Assembly: GCA_014323865.1 (NCBI GenBank)
Contig: JACONG010000016.1
Coordinates: 544,523 to 608,522, forward strand
Length of the DNA stretch: 64,000 bases
Origin: Rhodospirillales bacterium
GTDB taxonomy: Bacteria; Pseudomonadota; Alphaproteobacteria; SP197
Reading direction: 5' to 3'
The notes under the pieces were generated by a model, which had not been told where the DNA came from, ran no database searches, and saw only the letters and a list, made by a program, of their open reading frames with translations. Below, piece by piece: positions 44,756 through 55,710 of the stretch. The number at the start of each line of letters is the position of its first letter. Position 1 is the stretch's first letter. The position numbers and the translations under genes are program-made.

Positions 44756-47605
44756 ATGACTGCCGACTACAAGTCGACCCTGTTTCTGCCCGAAACCGAC
44801 TTCCCCATGCGCGCGTGCCTTCCCGAGCTCGAGCCCGAGATCCTGGCGCGCTGGGCGAAGAACGATCTCTATCGCCAGCTGCGCGAGGACTCGAAGGGGC
44901 GCAAGAAGTTCATCCTTCACGACGGCCCTCCTTACGCGAACGGCCATCTCCACATCGGCCACGCGCTCAACAAGATCCTCAAAGACGTCATCAACCGCTC
45001 CCAGCAGATGCTGGGCAAGGACGCGAACTACGTGCCCGGCTGGGACTGCCACGGCCTGCCGATCGAGTGGAAGATCGAGGAGCAGTATCGTGCGATCGGC
45101 AAGGACAAGGACGAGATCGACATCGTCAAGTTCCGCCGCGAGTGCCGCGAGTTCGCCGACCACTGGATCGACGTGCAGCGCGAGGAGTTCAAGCGGCTGG
45201 GCGTGATCGGCGACTGGGATGACCCTTATCTCACCATGGCTTATCCGGCCGAGGCGCAGATCGTGCGCGAGTTGGGCAAGTTCCTGATGTCGGGCGAGCT
45301 CTATCGTGGCTCCAAGCCCGTCATGTGGTCCTGCATCGAGAAGACCGCGCTGGCCGAGGCCGAGGTCGAGTATCACGAACACAAGTCTCCCACGATCGAC
45401 GTCGCCTTCCCGGTTGTGTCGACGCCCACCCCGGCGCTCGAGCGCGCGCATGTCGTGATCTGGACGACGACGCCCTGGACCATCCCCGGCAACCGCGCGA
45501 TCGCCTATGGCAAGGGGTTCGATTACCGTCTGATCGAGGTGACCGAGGTCGGCGAGAAGTCGGGTGCGGCGGTCGGCCAGAAGATCGTTCTGGTGGCCGA
45601 ACTGATGGCGGACGCCCTGGCACGCTGCCAGATCACCGGTCACACGGAACTCGGACGCATCACCAGCGACCAGCTCGCCGGCACGGTGACACGCCATCCG
45701 TTCCGGGGCCAGGGTTACGATTTCGATGTGCCGTTGCTCGAAGGCGGCCACGTCACCACCGAACAGGGCACGGGCTTCGTCCATATCGCGCCGGGCCACG
45801 GTGCGGATGACTGGGTGCTCGGCATGGCGAACGGCATCGAGGTGCCGCACACCGTGGGCGAGGACGGCAGCTATTTCGAGGATGTGTCGCTCTTTGCCGG
45901 CGCGCGTGTCCTGACGCCGGAGGGCAAGGACGGTGACGCCAACGGGCGGGTCATCAAGGCGCTGATCGAGTCGGGCTGCCTGCTCGGCAAGGGCAGCCTG
46001 CGCCACAGCTATCCGCATTCCTGGCGTTCGAAAGCCCCGCTGATCTTCCGCAACACGAGCCAGTGGTTCGTCTCGATGGAGGAGAAGGGTCTGCGGGAGA
46101 CGGCGCTGAAGGCAATCGACGACACCCGCTGGGTACCGCGCTCTGGCCACGCCCGCATCCGGGGCATGATCGAGACCCGGCCCGACTGGGTCCTGTCCCG
46201 TCAAAGGGCATGGGGCGTGCCGATCGCCGTCTTCGTCCACAAGAAGACAGGTGAGGTGCTGCGCGACCAGGCGGTGATCGACCGCATCGCCGACGCCGTG
46301 GAAGAGGAGGGCGCCGATGTCTGGTTCGCTGACGACCCCCAGCGGTTCCTGGGCAACGAGTACGAGGCCGACGACTACGAGCAGGTTCACGACATCCTTG
46401 ATGTCTGGTTCGACTCCGGTTCGACCCACGCCTTCTGCTTGGATCAGCGCGAGAACCTGCAGTGGCCGGCCTCGCTTTATCTCGAGGGGTCCGACCAGCA
46501 TCGCGGCTGGTTCCATTCGTCGCTGCTGGAAAGCTGCGGCACGCGTGGTCGCGCGCCCTATGACGCGGTGCTGACCCATGGCTTCGTCATGGACGGCGAA
46601 GGTCGCAAGATGTCGAAGTCGCTCGGCAACGTGGTCGCCCCCCAGGAGGTGATCGAGCAGTACGGTGCCGACATCCTGCGCGTATGGGTGGTCTCAGCCG
46701 ACTACAGCGAGGATCTCCGGATCAGTCAGGAGATCGTGAAGCACCAGGCCGACAGTTATCGCCGGCTGCGCAACACGCTGCGCTTCCTGCTGGGCAACCT
46801 TGCCAATTTCTCCGAGGAGGAGCGGCTTGATGCCGTGGACATGCCGGAGCTGGAGCGCTGGATGCTGCACCGGCTCGTGGAGCTCGATCGCCAGATCCGG
46901 CAGAACTGCGACGACTTCGATTTCCACGCCATGTTCGTGGCGCTGCACAACTTCTGCGCCACGGATCTGTCGGCCTTCTACTTCGACATTCGCAAGGATG
47001 CTCTCTACTGCGATCCCGCGAATGCGCCGCGCCGCCGCGCCTGCCGTACGGTGCTCGACACGCTGTTCTCGTGCCTGACGTCCTGGCTTGCGCCGATCAT
47101 CTGCTTCACCGCCGAGGAGGCCTGGCTGCAGCGCTTCCCGGATGAGACCGACAGCGTGCATCGCCGTACCTTCCCCGACGTGCCCGAGGACTGGCGCGAC
47201 GACGCGCTGGCCGCGAAGTGGCAGACCGTGCGCCGCCTGCGCCGTGTGGTGACCGGCGCGCTTGAGGTCGAACGCCGCGCGAAGCGCATCGGTGCCAGCC
47301 TCCAGGCCCATCCCCATGTTTACGCCACGGCGTCCGATATCGCCGCGATGGAGGGCGTCGATCTCGCCGAGATCGTGATCGCGTCGCAGGCGACGCTGAT
47401 CGAGGGCGAGGGGCCGGCCGACGCCTTCCGGCTCGACGATGTCGCCGGCATCTCAGTCGTTGCGGAGTATGCCGACGGGGCGCGCTGCGAACGATGCTGG
47501 ATGGTGCTCGAGGAGGTCGGCTCGGATCCGATCATGAACGATCTCTGCCTTCGCTGCGTCGGCGCGGTCGCCGAGATTGCCGACGTATCGGAGGTCAGGT
47601 CCTGA
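44756..47605 (+). CDS. ileS: Isoleucine--tRNA ligase
   Basis: HIGH (PYANGHLHIGHALN) and KMSKS (KMSKSLGN) motifs, plus a C-terminal Zn-finger Cys cluster; 949 aa. Confidence 0.95.
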   Translation: MTADYKSTLFLPETDFPMRACLPELEPEILARWAKNDLYRQLREDSKGRKKFILHDGPPYANGHLHIGHALNKILKDVINRSQQMLGKDANYVPGWDCHGLPIEWKIEEQYRAIGKDKDEIDIVKFRRECREFADHWIDVQREEFKRLGVIGDWDDPYLTMAYPAEAQIVRELGKFLMSGELYRGSKPVMWSCIEKTALAEAEVEYHEHKSPTIDVAFPVVSTPTPALERAHVVIWTTTPWTIPGNRAIAYGKGFDYRLIEVTEVGEKSGAAVGQKIVLVAELMADALARCQITGHTELGRITSDQLAGTVTRHPFRGQGYDFDVPLLEGGHVTTEQGTGFVHIAPGHGADDWVLGMANGIEVPHTVGEDGSYFEDVSLFAGARVLTPEGKDGDANGRVIKALIESGCLLGKGSLRHSYPHSWRSKAPLIFRNTSQWFVSMEEKGLRETALKAIDDTRWVPRSGHARIRGMIETRPDWVLSRQRAWGVPIAVFVHKKTGEVLRDQAVIDRIADAVEEEGADVWFADDPQRFLGNEYEADDYEQVHDILDVWFDSGSTHAFCLDQRENLQWPASLYLEGSDQHRGWFHSSLLESCGTRGRAPYDAVLTHGFVMDGEGRKMSKSLGNVVAPQEVIEQYGADILRVWVVSADYSEDLRISQEIVKHQADSYRRLRNTLRFLLGNLANFSEEERLDAVDMPELERWMLHRLVELDRQIRQNCDDFDFHAMFVALHNFCATDLSAFYFDIRKDALYCDPANAPRRRACRTVLDTLFSCLTSWLAPIICFTAEEAWLQRFPDETDSVHRRTFPDVPEDWRDDALAAKWQTVRRLRRVVTGALEVERRAKRIGASLQAHPHVYATASDIAAMEGVDLAEIVIASQATLIEGEGPADAFRLDDVAGISVVAEYADGARCERCWMVLEEVGSDPIMNDLCLRCVGAVAEIADVSEVRS

Positions 47606-48099
47606 CAGGCCGCCGCCTCTTCGTCCTCGGTCTTGCCGTGCTGGCGGTCACGCTGGTGGCTGACCAGGTCTCGAAGCTCATCCTGATTGACGTCATGGAG
47701 GCGAACGCCTTCCGTCCGATCGAGATCACCGGTTTCTTCAACCTCGTGATGGTGTGGAACCGGGGTGTGAGTTTCGGGATGCTCGGCGGCGGCGAGGAGA
47801 CCACGCGATGGCTTCTGACTATCTTCGCCGTCGTCGTGGCCTGCGCACTTGTGGTCTGGATGCGCCGACAGGAGTTGCGGCGGCAGGTGATCGCCATCGG
47901 ACTGGTTGCGGGCGGGGCGCTGGGCAATGCCATCGACCGGGTGGTGTACGGCGCCGTTGCCGACTTCTTCGACGTCCACGTTTCTGGCTGGAGTTGGCCC
48001 GCCTTCAACATCGCCGATTCCGCGATCACGGTCGGTGTCGTGATCCTCGTGATCGACGCCTTGTTGACGTCAAGAAGCAGTCGTAAGGTGGTGCCATGA
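47600..48099 (+). CDS. lspA: Lipoprotein signal peptidase II
   Basis: …LVADQVSKLIL…FNLVMVWNRGVSFG…NIADSAITVGV are the LspA motifs. The start is uncertain: there is no ATG/GTG/TTG between the ileS stop and the first TM, so either a non-canonical start or the upstream ATG at 47494 overlapping ileS is used. Confidence 0.8.
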
Positions 48100-48710
48100 T
48101 ACGATATGCTCTCGTTTTGCCGTTGTGCGCTGCGGGTCTGATCCTGCTGGGCGGCTGCAGCAGTGTCCGCGACTCCCTGGGACTGGATACAAAGGCACCT
48201 GACGAGTTCAACGTTGTCTCCCGGGCACCGCTTGCCATGCCCGCGACGCTCGGATCGCTGCCTGAACCCGAGCCCGGTGCGCCGCGGCCGCAGGAGGTCC
48301 AGCCGAGCGCCCAGGCGCAGTATGCGTTGTTCGGCCGTCTGGTCGGCGGCGGCAGCTTCAGCAACGGTCAGGAGTACCTGATCGCCTCCGCGGAGACCAA
48401 TGCGCTCGAACCCTCCGGTGCCGTCGTCTCCGAGTACAGCCTTGAATCGGATCTGCCGACAGCGATCAGCCCGGCCATTCGCACCACGGTCGACGAAGAG
48501 CACGAGCACATTCTCAACGATTCGACTTGGCTCGAGGATATCAATCCCGTGACCGAGTACGGCGATCCGACAGAGGTCCTGATCGACGTGCAGCGCGAGC
48601 GCGAGCGTATCCAGGCCCAGGCGGCGCGGGGCGCGCCGATCAACGAGGGCCAGTTCGAGGCCTACATCGTTGTCGAAGAGGAAAAGGCGCTGCTCGAGGA
48701 CCTCTTCTAG
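48096..48710 (+). CDS. DUF3035-family lipoprotein
   Basis: Lipobox LILLGGC-SS; ATGA overlap with lspA. The lspA-adjacent position is typical for alphaproteobacterial DUF3035. Confidence 0.7.
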   Translation: MIRYALVLPLCAAGLILLGGCSSVRDSLGLDTKAPDEFNVVSRAPLAMPATLGSLPEPEPGAPRPQEVQPSAQAQYALFGRLVGGGSFSNGQEYLIASAETNALEPSGAVVSEYSLESDLPTAISPAIRTTVDEEHEHILNDSTWLEDINPVTEYGDPTEVLIDVQRERERIQAQAARGAPINEGQFEAYIVVEEEKALLEDLF

Positions 48711-48713
48711 GCT

Positions 48714-49169
48714 ATGCGACGCTGGGCGATGGTTCTTGCGGTGGGCCTGCTTTCGGCATGCGGTGGCGCTGAGACGCTTCAGGGTCAGGGCTACTTGCCG
48801 CCCAGTGAGGTGACGGCGATGCGCACCATTCCGCTGACCGTGCCGCCCGATTACGGCGTGCGACCGACCGGCGTCTCGAGCAACATCGTCGACGAGCGCG
48901 AGGAGACGGTCGTCCAGACGCTTCCGCTCGACATGACCGTGGGTGAACAGGTCCTGCTCACCCGGGCGGGTGTGCTTGATGCCGACCCCACGATCCGCCA
49001 GACCCTGAGCCGCGAAAACGCGCTTCTGACCGACGATCCGGCGCTTGTCGAAGCGCTTCTGTTCGGCAGCTATCCCTCGGCCGACGAGGTCACGCCGGAT
49101 GTCGTCATCGTGCAGCCCGAGGACGAGTCCGACTGGTTCGACGAGGTCTGGGATTCGCTCGGCGAATGA
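48714..49169 (+). CDS. DUF3035-like lipoprotein paralog
   Basis: Lipobox LLSAC-GG; an acidic C-terminal region similar to the preceding gene. Confidence 0.65.
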   Translation: MRRWAMVLAVGLLSACGGAETLQGQGYLPPSEVTAMRTIPLTVPPDYGVRPTGVSSNIVDEREETVVQTLPLDMTVGEQVLLTRAGVLDADPTIRQTLSRENALLTDDPALVEALLFGSYPSADEVTPDVVIVQPEDESDWFDEVWDSLGE

Positions 49170-49263
49170 GGGCCTAGCGGGCTCACAGTCCTGTCATCCG
49201 CCTTGTGTTGGACGCACTTGCACCCTAGCTCCACAGCGTAGTTCAGCCAGACGGAAGCTGCCT

Positions 49264-50616
49264 GTGTTCCTATCCCGCCTTGTCCTGCCTTCGATTCTCC
49301 TGCTTGTCACGCTCGCATCCGCCCGTGCCGACGGCGAGAGCCTGTTCGGCGCTGAGAGCTTCACCCTGTCGAACGGTATGGAGGTCGTGGTGATCCCCGA
49401 CCACCGCGCCCCGATCGTCACCCACATGGTGTGGTACCGGGTCGGATCGGCCGACGAGGAGCCTGGCCAAACGGGCATTGCCCATCTGCTGGAACATCTG
49501 ATGTTCAAGGGAACAGAGCAGACGCCTGACGGCGAGTTCTCCTACATCGTCGCGCGCAACGGCGGCTCGGGTAACGCCTTTACCAGCTACGACTACACGG
49601 GTTACTTCCAGAACATCGCACGCGACCGGCTCGAGTTGATGATGGAGCTCGAAGCCGAGCGCATGACCGACCTGCTGATCACCGACGGGCAGGTCGCGAC
49701 CGAACGGCAGGTCGTGCTCGAGGAACGCAACATGCGGGTCGAGAACGAACCCTCCGGCATCTTCGCCGAACAGCTCCGCGCCACGCAGTTCTTCGCTCAC
49801 CCCTACGGATGGCCCGTGATTGGCTGGGAGCACGACATCAAGGCGCTCGGCCTTGAGGATATCATGGTGTTCTACCGGCAGCACTATGTCCCGAACAACG
49901 CGATCCTCGTGGTCGCCGGCGACGTGACGGCCGAGGAACTGAAGCCCATGGCGGAGCGCATCTATGGCGCGATCCCGGCGGTGGAGATCGACGAACGCAC
50001 GCGCGCCCAAGAGCCACCGCAACGTGCCGCGCGGCGCCTCCTTTACGTCGACTCGCGCGTCGCGCAGCCCAGCCTGCAGATGATGTATCTCGCGCCGACC
50101 TATGCGACCGGGCCCGAGGAGACGGCCTATGGCCTTGAGGTTCTGGCCGAGGTGTTGTCGGGCTCCACGACCAGCCGGCTCCATCGCCGTCTCGTGGTCG
50201 AGCAGCAGCTCGCGGTCTCGGCGGGTGCCTGGTACAGCGGCGATGGCCTGGACCAGTCCCGCTTCGGCTTCTGGATCGTCCCCGCCATCGGGGTGACGAT
50301 CGAGGCCGCCGAGGCCGCCCTGCGCGCCGAGATCGCCGCGTTGCTTGAGGACGGTGTGACCGGGGACGAGGTCGCCCGCGTCAAGACACGCATGGAAGCG
50401 GACCTGATCTACGCCCGCGACAACGTCGCCGCGATCGCGCGCTGGTACGGTTCCTGGCTCGCCGTCGGCATGAGCGTCGAGGAGGTCGAGAACTGGGCCT
50501 CGCGGATCGACGAGGTCACCGTCGACGAAGTCAATGCCGCAGCGCGTGCGGTGCTTGTACCCGAGACGGAAGTGACGGGTATCCTTCTGCTGGAGGCTCC
50601 GACCGATGCGCTCTAG
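49264..50616 (+). CDS. M16-family zinc peptidase (pitrilysin-like, catalytic subunit)
   Basis: Signal peptide, then the inverted zinc motif HLLEHLMFKGT (HxxEH). The GTG start at 49264 follows the RBS GGAAG; the long ORF begins at 49045. Confidence 0.85.
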   Translation: MFLSRLVLPSILLLVTLASARADGESLFGAESFTLSNGMEVVVIPDHRAPIVTHMVWYRVGSADEEPGQTGIAHLLEHLMFKGTEQTPDGEFSYIVARNGGSGNAFTSYDYTGYFQNIARDRLELMMELEAERMTDLLITDGQVATERQVVLEERNMRVENEPSGIFAEQLRATQFFAHPYGWPVIGWEHDIKALGLEDIMVFYRQHYVPNNAILVVAGDVTAEELKPMAERIYGAIPAVEIDERTRAQEPPQRAARRLLYVDSRVAQPSLQMMYLAPTYATGPEETAYGLEVLAEVLSGSTTSRLHRRLVVEQQLAVSAGAWYSGDGLDQSRFGFWIVPAIGVTIEAAEAALRAEIAALLEDGVTGDEVARVKTRMEADLIYARDNVAAIARWYGSWLAVGMSVEEVENWASRIDEVTVDEVNAAARAVLVPETEVTGILLLEAPTDAL

Positions 50617-51937
50617 GCTGTTCTCTCTTCCCGTCGCCCTGATCCTTGCTGTTGCCGTCCTGCAGCCGGCGATGGCCAGTGACATTGAGATCCTCACGAC
50701 GCCCGCCGGCATTGAGGTCTGGCTCAAGCAGGAGCCCTCGATCCCGATCGTCAGCATAGAGGTGGCTTTCGCCGGTGGCGCCTCGCTCGATCCCGATGGC
50801 CGGGAAGGTCTCGCCAACATGGTGACCGGCCTGCTCGACGAGGGGGCGGGCGATCTCGACAGCTACGCCTTTCAGGACAAGCTCGATGCGCTGTCGATCC
50901 GCATGAGCTTCAATGTGGGACGCGACGCGTTCTACGGTTCGCTGACGACGCTTGCCGCCAATCTGGACGAGGCCGAGGCACTCTTCGCCATGGCGCTCAA
51001 CAACCCGCGCTTCGATGAGGAGCCGGTCGAGCGGATCCGTGGCCAGATCACGGTGGGCCTGTTGCGCGATCAGGAGGACCCCTCATCACGCGCGTGGCGG
51101 GCCTGGAGCGAGGCCGCGTTCCCCGGTCACCCATACGGCCGTCCGGTCGATGGAACACCGGACAGCGTCAGCACCATCACAGCTGACGATCTGCGCGGTT
51201 ACGTTGACGGGAACTTCACCCGTGACCGGCTCTTTGTGTCGATCGTCGGTGCCATAACTCCGGAGCGGGCGACCGCACTGGTCGACACTGTCTTTGCCGA
51301 TCTTCCGTTTCAAGGCGTTGCGCTGACGACCGTCGATACCGCTGTGGGCGCGGGCGGTGTCAACGTGATCGCGATGGATGTGCCGCAAAGCGCCATCGTG
51401 TTCGGGCTGGCGGGCCTGATGCGCGGCGATCCCGACTATTATGCCGGTGCCGTGCTCAACAAGGTGGTGGGTGGCGGCGGCCTCAGCACCCGGCTCTTTG
51501 AGGAGGTCCGCAAGAAGCGTGGCCTGGCCTATGCCACCGGCAGTTCTCTCTTTGCCTACGACCACGCGGGTCTCTGGGTCGGTTCCGCCGGCACCCAGAA
51601 CGCGCGAGCCGGCGAAACGCTCCAGGTCATCCGCGACGTTCTGAATGACGTTGCCGAGAATGGCGTGACCGATGAGGAAGTCGACGATGCCAAGGCCTAC
51701 ATGACGGGTTCGTTCCCGCTGCGGCTCGATAGCAATCAGTCGATCGCGAACATGCTGCTCGCGATCCAGCTCAACGATCTCGGTGTCGACTACATCGAAC
51801 GTCGCAACGACTACATCGAGGCGGTGACCGCCGAGGACATTCAGCGTGTCGCCCGACGCATCCTGGATGCCGACAACCTGCTGGTTGTGGTCGCTGGCCA
51901 GCCTGTGGGGATAACGCCCAGCGTTTCCATCGATTGA
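50606..51937 (+). CDS. M16-family peptidase, second (non-catalytic-like) subunit
   Basis: Signal peptide and M16 fold, with no HxxEH motif. It overlaps the upstream gene by 11 nt. Confidence 0.85.
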   Translation: MRSRLFSLPVALILAVAVLQPAMASDIEILTTPAGIEVWLKQEPSIPIVSIEVAFAGGASLDPDGREGLANMVTGLLDEGAGDLDSYAFQDKLDALSIRMSFNVGRDAFYGSLTTLAANLDEAEALFAMALNNPRFDEEPVERIRGQITVGLLRDQEDPSSRAWRAWSEAAFPGHPYGRPVDGTPDSVSTITADDLRGYVDGNFTRDRLFVSIVGAITPERATALVDTVFADLPFQGVALTTVDTAVGAGGVNVIAMDVPQSAIVFGLAGLMRGDPDYYAGAVLNKVVGGGGLSTRLFEEVRKKRGLAYATGSSLFAYDHAGLWVGSAGTQNARAGETLQVIRDVLNDVAENGVTDEEVDDAKAYMTGSFPLRLDSNQSIANMLLAIQLNDLGVDYIERRNDYIEAVTAEDIQRVARRILDADNLLVVVAGQPVGITPSVSID

Positions 51938-51980
51938 GGTCCTGTCGACTGGTAATTTGGCACGGTGATCGGACACGCCC

Positions 51981-53204
51981 ATGACCTACACGCTTTCGCA
52001 AGACGACCATCACGACGCAGACACGCAGTTGGCCGCCGCGTTCGAGCGCTTTCACGCCGATCTCGGGACCGACCGTCTCGATTGCCTGACAATTGCTGAG
52101 GCACACGACGATCTCGCGGCGCTTGAAACGCATGCCGCACGCATCGTCGAGACGTCCGACGACGTTCTGGTGCTTGGCATCGGCGGGTCGAGCCTTGCCG
52201 CCCAGACACTGCTTGCGCTGTCGGATGACGCGCGCCACCGGGTGCGGCTCCACACGATCGACAACATCGATCCCGAAACCTGGAACGCGCTCCTCGCGCG
52301 GCTCGATCCCGCGCGTAGCCATGTTCTCGCGGTCTCGAAATCGGGCCGCACTGCCGAGACCCTGGCGCAATTGCTTCTGGCGATGCGCTGGCTCGATGAG
52401 GCCGGATGCTCGACGGGCGAACGGCTGACGGTGATCACCGAACCGGGGCCGCGTCCGTTGCGCGATCTGGCCGACGTCGCCAAGGCACCTGCGATCGATT
52501 ATCCGACCACGATCGGCGGTCGTTTCTCGGCCCTCAGCCCGGTCGGCATGCTGCCGGCCATGCTGGGCGGACTGGATGCTGCTGCGGTCCGACGGGGGGC
52601 GGCGTCCGTGCTCGACGACATACGTTCCAACGGCGTTGCGAGCGCACCGGTGCGCGGGGTCGCCGGGCTCGTGGGATCGGAGATACGCGGCGCGACGGTC
52701 CAGGTCTTCCTGACCTACAGCGACCGACTCGCCCCTGTGGCGCCTTGGTGGGTGCAGCTCTGGGGTGAAAGCCTGGGCAAGGACGGCAAGGGCTCGTCGC
52801 CGGTCGCGGCAAAAGGTGCGACCGACCAGCACAGCCAGCTTCAGCTCTGGCGTGACGGGCCCAAGCGCCACATGGTGACCGTGCTCGGTCTTGAGGGCGG
52901 GGCCGATACGCCTGCCATGGCTGCCGGACATCCCGATCTCGCCTATCTCAATGGTCGCACGCTGGGCGACCTGTTCGAGGCCGAACGCGAGGCGACCTGC
53001 GAATCGCTTGCCGTGGCCGGTGTCCCGGTCCGGAAGTTCCTGGTCGCCCGCGCTGACGAAGCGGCACTCGGTGCCCTCTTCGCGCACCTCATGGCCGAGA
53101 CAATACTGATGGCGCCCATGATCGGCGTCGATGCTTTCGGCCAGCCCGCCGTCGAGGACAGCAAGGTGAGGGCGCGCGACAAGCTGCGGGCGATGGCACC
53201 ATGA
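51981..53204 (+). CDS. pgi: Glucose-6-phosphate isomerase (short SIS-type)
   Basis: [22 protein letters not shown], and [12 protein letters not shown] are PGI signature segments; 407 aa. Confidence 0.8.
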   Translation: MTYTLSQDDHHDADTQLAAAFERFHADLGTDRLDCLTIAEAHDDLAALETHAARIVETSDDVLVLGIGGSSLAAQTLLALSDDARHRVRLHTIDNIDPETWNALLARLDPARSHVLAVSKSGRTAETLAQLLLAMRWLDEAGCSTGERLTVITEPGPRPLRDLADVAKAPAIDYPTTIGGRFSALSPVGMLPAMLGGLDAAAVRRGAASVLDDIRSNGVASAPVRGVAGLVGSEIRGATVQVFLTYSDRLAPVAPWWVQLWGESLGKDGKGSSPVAAKGATDQHSQLQLWRDGPKRHMVTVLGLEGGADTPAMAAGHPDLAYLNGRTLGDLFEAEREATCESLAVAGVPVRKFLVARADEAALGALFAHLMAETILMAPMIGVDAFGQPAVEDSKVRARDKLRAMAP

Positions 53205-55024
53205 AGGTCATCCGCCGCCTGTCGGAAACAACTGTCAACCGCATTGCTGCGGGCGAGGTGATCGAGCGGCCGGCCTCGGTCGTGAAGGAGCTGGTCGAGA
53301 ACGCCATTGATGCCGGGTCGACCAGGATCGACATCACGATCAATGGCGGCGGGCGGACCTTCATCGGGGTCTCCGACGACGGCGTCGGCATGGAAGCTGA
53401 TGATCTGGCGCTCGCGGTTGAGCGGCATGCCACCTCGAAACTGTCCGATGATGATCTCACCGACATCGCGACACTCGGATTCCGCGGCGAAGCGCTGCCC
53501 TCGATCGGCGCGGTGGCGCGCTTGCGAATCGTGACGCGCCAGCACCGGTCGGACAGCGGCTGGGAGATCCGGGTCGACGGCGGCAAGGTCGGTGCGGTCG
53601 AGCCCGCGCCGCGCGGTCCCGGCACCACGGTCGAGGTCGCCGATCTCTTTTTCGCCACGCCGGCGCGTTTGAAGTTCATGAAGTCCGAGCGGGCCGAGAG
53701 CGGTGCGGTTTCCGATGTCGTCAAACGACTCGCGATGTCCCATCCCGAGGTCGCGTTCACGGTGTCCAACGACGGGCGCAAGAGCCTCGGCTACGGTGCG
53801 GAGGCCGGTGACTTGCTCGATACCAGACTGAACCGGCTGGGGGCGGTGATGGGTCGCGCCTTCCAGGACAATGCCGTCGCGGTCGACGCCCTGCGCGAGG
53901 ACGTCCGGGTGACCGGGTACGCCGGTCTGCCGACGCTCAACAGGCCGACCGCCCAGGGCCAGTTCCTCTTCGTCAACGGCCGGCCCGTGAAGGACCGTCT
54001 GCTGCTGGGTGCCGTGAAGGGTGCCTACCAGGACGTGTTGGCCTCGAACCGCCATCCGATGGTGGCGCTGTTCCTTGAGCTGCCGCCGCGCAAGGTCGAC
54101 GTCAACGTGCATCCCGCCAAGGCCGAGGTGCGTTTCCGCGACAACCAGCTGGTGCGCGGGCTGCTTGTCTCGGCGCTGCGGTCCGCCCTCGAAAGGGCAG
54201 GCCATCACGCCTCGACGACGGTGGCCGAGGACACGCTGGCGAAGCTGCGGCCCGGTGTTGCGCCACAAGCCGCACCCCATCTCTTCGCCGGGCACCGGCC
54301 GCGCTTCCGTGGCGGCATGGCCGAGGCCGCGGCGGCCTACAACACGCCACTGCAGGCCGACTACGCGCTTCAGGAACGCGTCGATACCGCCGAGACGGGT
54401 TTTGTTCCCGTCGATGAATCCTCGGTGCCGATCGACCCCATGACCTATCCGCTGGGCACGGCGCGCGGCCAGTTGCACGAGACCTATGTCGTCGCCCAGA
54501 CGTCCGACGGCATCGTCATCGTCGACCAGCACGCCGCGCACGAACGTCTTGTCTATGAGCGCATGAAGGCGCAGATCGCCGAAGAGGGCGTGGGCCGCCA
54601 GCTCCTGTTGTTGCCCGAGGTCGTGGAGTTGAGCGAAGACGCCGTCGATCGCCTCGTCGCGCGCGCGGCGGAGCTCGGTGAGCTAGGGCTTGCCCTCGAG
54701 CGCTTCGGTCCGGGCGCTGTGGTCGTGCGCGAGACACCGGCGCTCCTGGGCGAGACCGACATCAAGGGTCTCGTCGCCGATCTGGCCGACGAGCTTGCCG
54801 AGTTCGACCAGGCCTTGAGCCTTCGCGACCGGCTGGAGCATGTCTGTGGCACCATGGCCTGCCACGGCAGCGTGCGTGCCGGCCGCCGCCTCAACCCGAC
54901 CGAGATGAACGCGCTGCTGCGCGAGATGGAGGTCACGCCGAACTCCGGCCAGTGCAACCACGGCCGCCCGACCTACGTCGAACTGAAGCTCGTCGACATC
55001 GAACGCCTCTTCGGCCGGCGCTGA
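53201..55024 (+). CDS. mutL: DNA mismatch repair protein MutL
   Basis: [37 protein letters not shown] is the GHKL ATPase N-terminus. The C-terminal dimerisation/endonuclease domain has a CxHGxP-like motif ([10 protein letters not shown]). ATGA overlap with pgi. Confidence 0.95.
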   Translation: MKVIRRLSETTVNRIAAGEVIERPASVVKELVENAIDAGSTRIDITINGGGRTFIGVSDDGVGMEADDLALAVERHATSKLSDDDLTDIATLGFRGEALPSIGAVARLRIVTRQHRSDSGWEIRVDGGKVGAVEPAPRGPGTTVEVADLFFATPARLKFMKSERAESGAVSDVVKRLAMSHPEVAFTVSNDGRKSLGYGAEAGDLLDTRLNRLGAVMGRAFQDNAVAVDALREDVRVTGYAGLPTLNRPTAQGQFLFVNGRPVKDRLLLGAVKGAYQDVLASNRHPMVALFLELPPRKVDVNVHPAKAEVRFRDNQLVRGLLVSALRSALERAGHHASTTVAEDTLAKLRPGVAPQAAPHLFAGHRPRFRGGMAEAAAAYNTPLQADYALQERVDTAETGFVPVDESSVPIDPMTYPLGTARGQLHETYVVAQTSDGIVIVDQHAAHERLVYERMKAQIAEEGVGRQLLLLPEVVELSEDAVDRLVARAAELGELGLALERFGPGAVVVRETPALLGETDIKGLVADLADELAEFDQALSLRDRLEHVCGTMACHGSVRAGRRLNPTEMNALLREMEVTPNSGQCNHGRPTYVELKLVDIERLFGRR

Positions 55025-55155
55025 CCCTCCGGAGTGTCATTCTGGCCGCGGCACAGCGGAGAGGCGGAACCTCGAGAGGCCATCGCCAGCCTGTCGAGGT
55101 CCCGGATCAGCCTTTGCTTCGCTCCCTTGTCCGGGATGACAGGGGTGGCGGATCG

Positions 55156-55710
55156 TCACACAACCCGGAGGAACACGAGCTGGGTGTCGCCGTAGGTGCG
55201 GTCGTCGATGATTTCGAAACCCTCTGGAGCTTCGAAGGCGGCTCTGCGATGGATTTCGACGCAGGCGATGGCGGCGGCGGCAAACCAGCCGCCGGCACGC
55301 ATGGCGCTGAGCACGTCGGCGGTGGCCTCAAGACGGTAGGGCGGGTCGAGATAGGCCAAGTCGACCGGGCGCGCCGGGCGGGGCATGGATTTCGTCGCAT
55401 CGTTGCGCAGCAGAGCCGTGCGCTTTTCCTCGCCAAGGTGTTCGATGTTGCCCCGCGCGGCCCTGTGCGCCTCGACGCCATTGTCGACCAGGGTCGCAAA
55501 GGCGGCACCGCGGGAGAGCGCCTCGAGCGCCACGGCCCCGGTTCCGCAGAAGATGTCGGCGACATGGACATCCTCCAGACCGTTCCAGTCGATGCTGTGA
55601 GCCAGCAGGTTGAACAGCGCCTCGCGGACCCGGTCGCTGGTCGGTCGGATATCGTGGCCGCCTGGTGCCTGGAGCCGGCGCGCCCTATGCCGGCCGGCGA
55701 CGATGCGCAT
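55156..55710 (-). CDS. rsmD: 16S rRNA (guanine966-N2)-methyltransferase
   Basis: …DIFCGTGAVALEALSRGA…LDPPY are the RsmD motifs. Confidence 0.85.
   Translation of the reverse strand: MRIVAGRHRARRLQAPGGHDIRPTSDRVREALFNLLAHSIDWNGLEDVHVADIFCGTGAVALEALSRGAAFATLVDNGVEAHRAARGNIEHLGEEKRTALLRNDATKSMPRPARPVDLAYLDPPYRLEATADVLSAMRAGGWFAAAAIACVEIHRRAAFEAPEGFEIIDDRTYGDTQLVFLRVV

Noticed and set aside
43286-46579. 1097-aa ORF on the minus strand
   Set aside because: Antisense shadow of ribF and ileS in high-GC DNA; low-complexity R/A/G-rich translation with no recognisable domains. The plus-strand ileS carries HIGH/KMSKS motifs.
49270-54541. Long minus-strand ORFs (49270..50820, 51086..51982, 51771..53087, 52943..54541)
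   Set aside because: Antisense shadows of the M16 peptidases, pgi and mutL; no motifs and extreme R/G/A bias.
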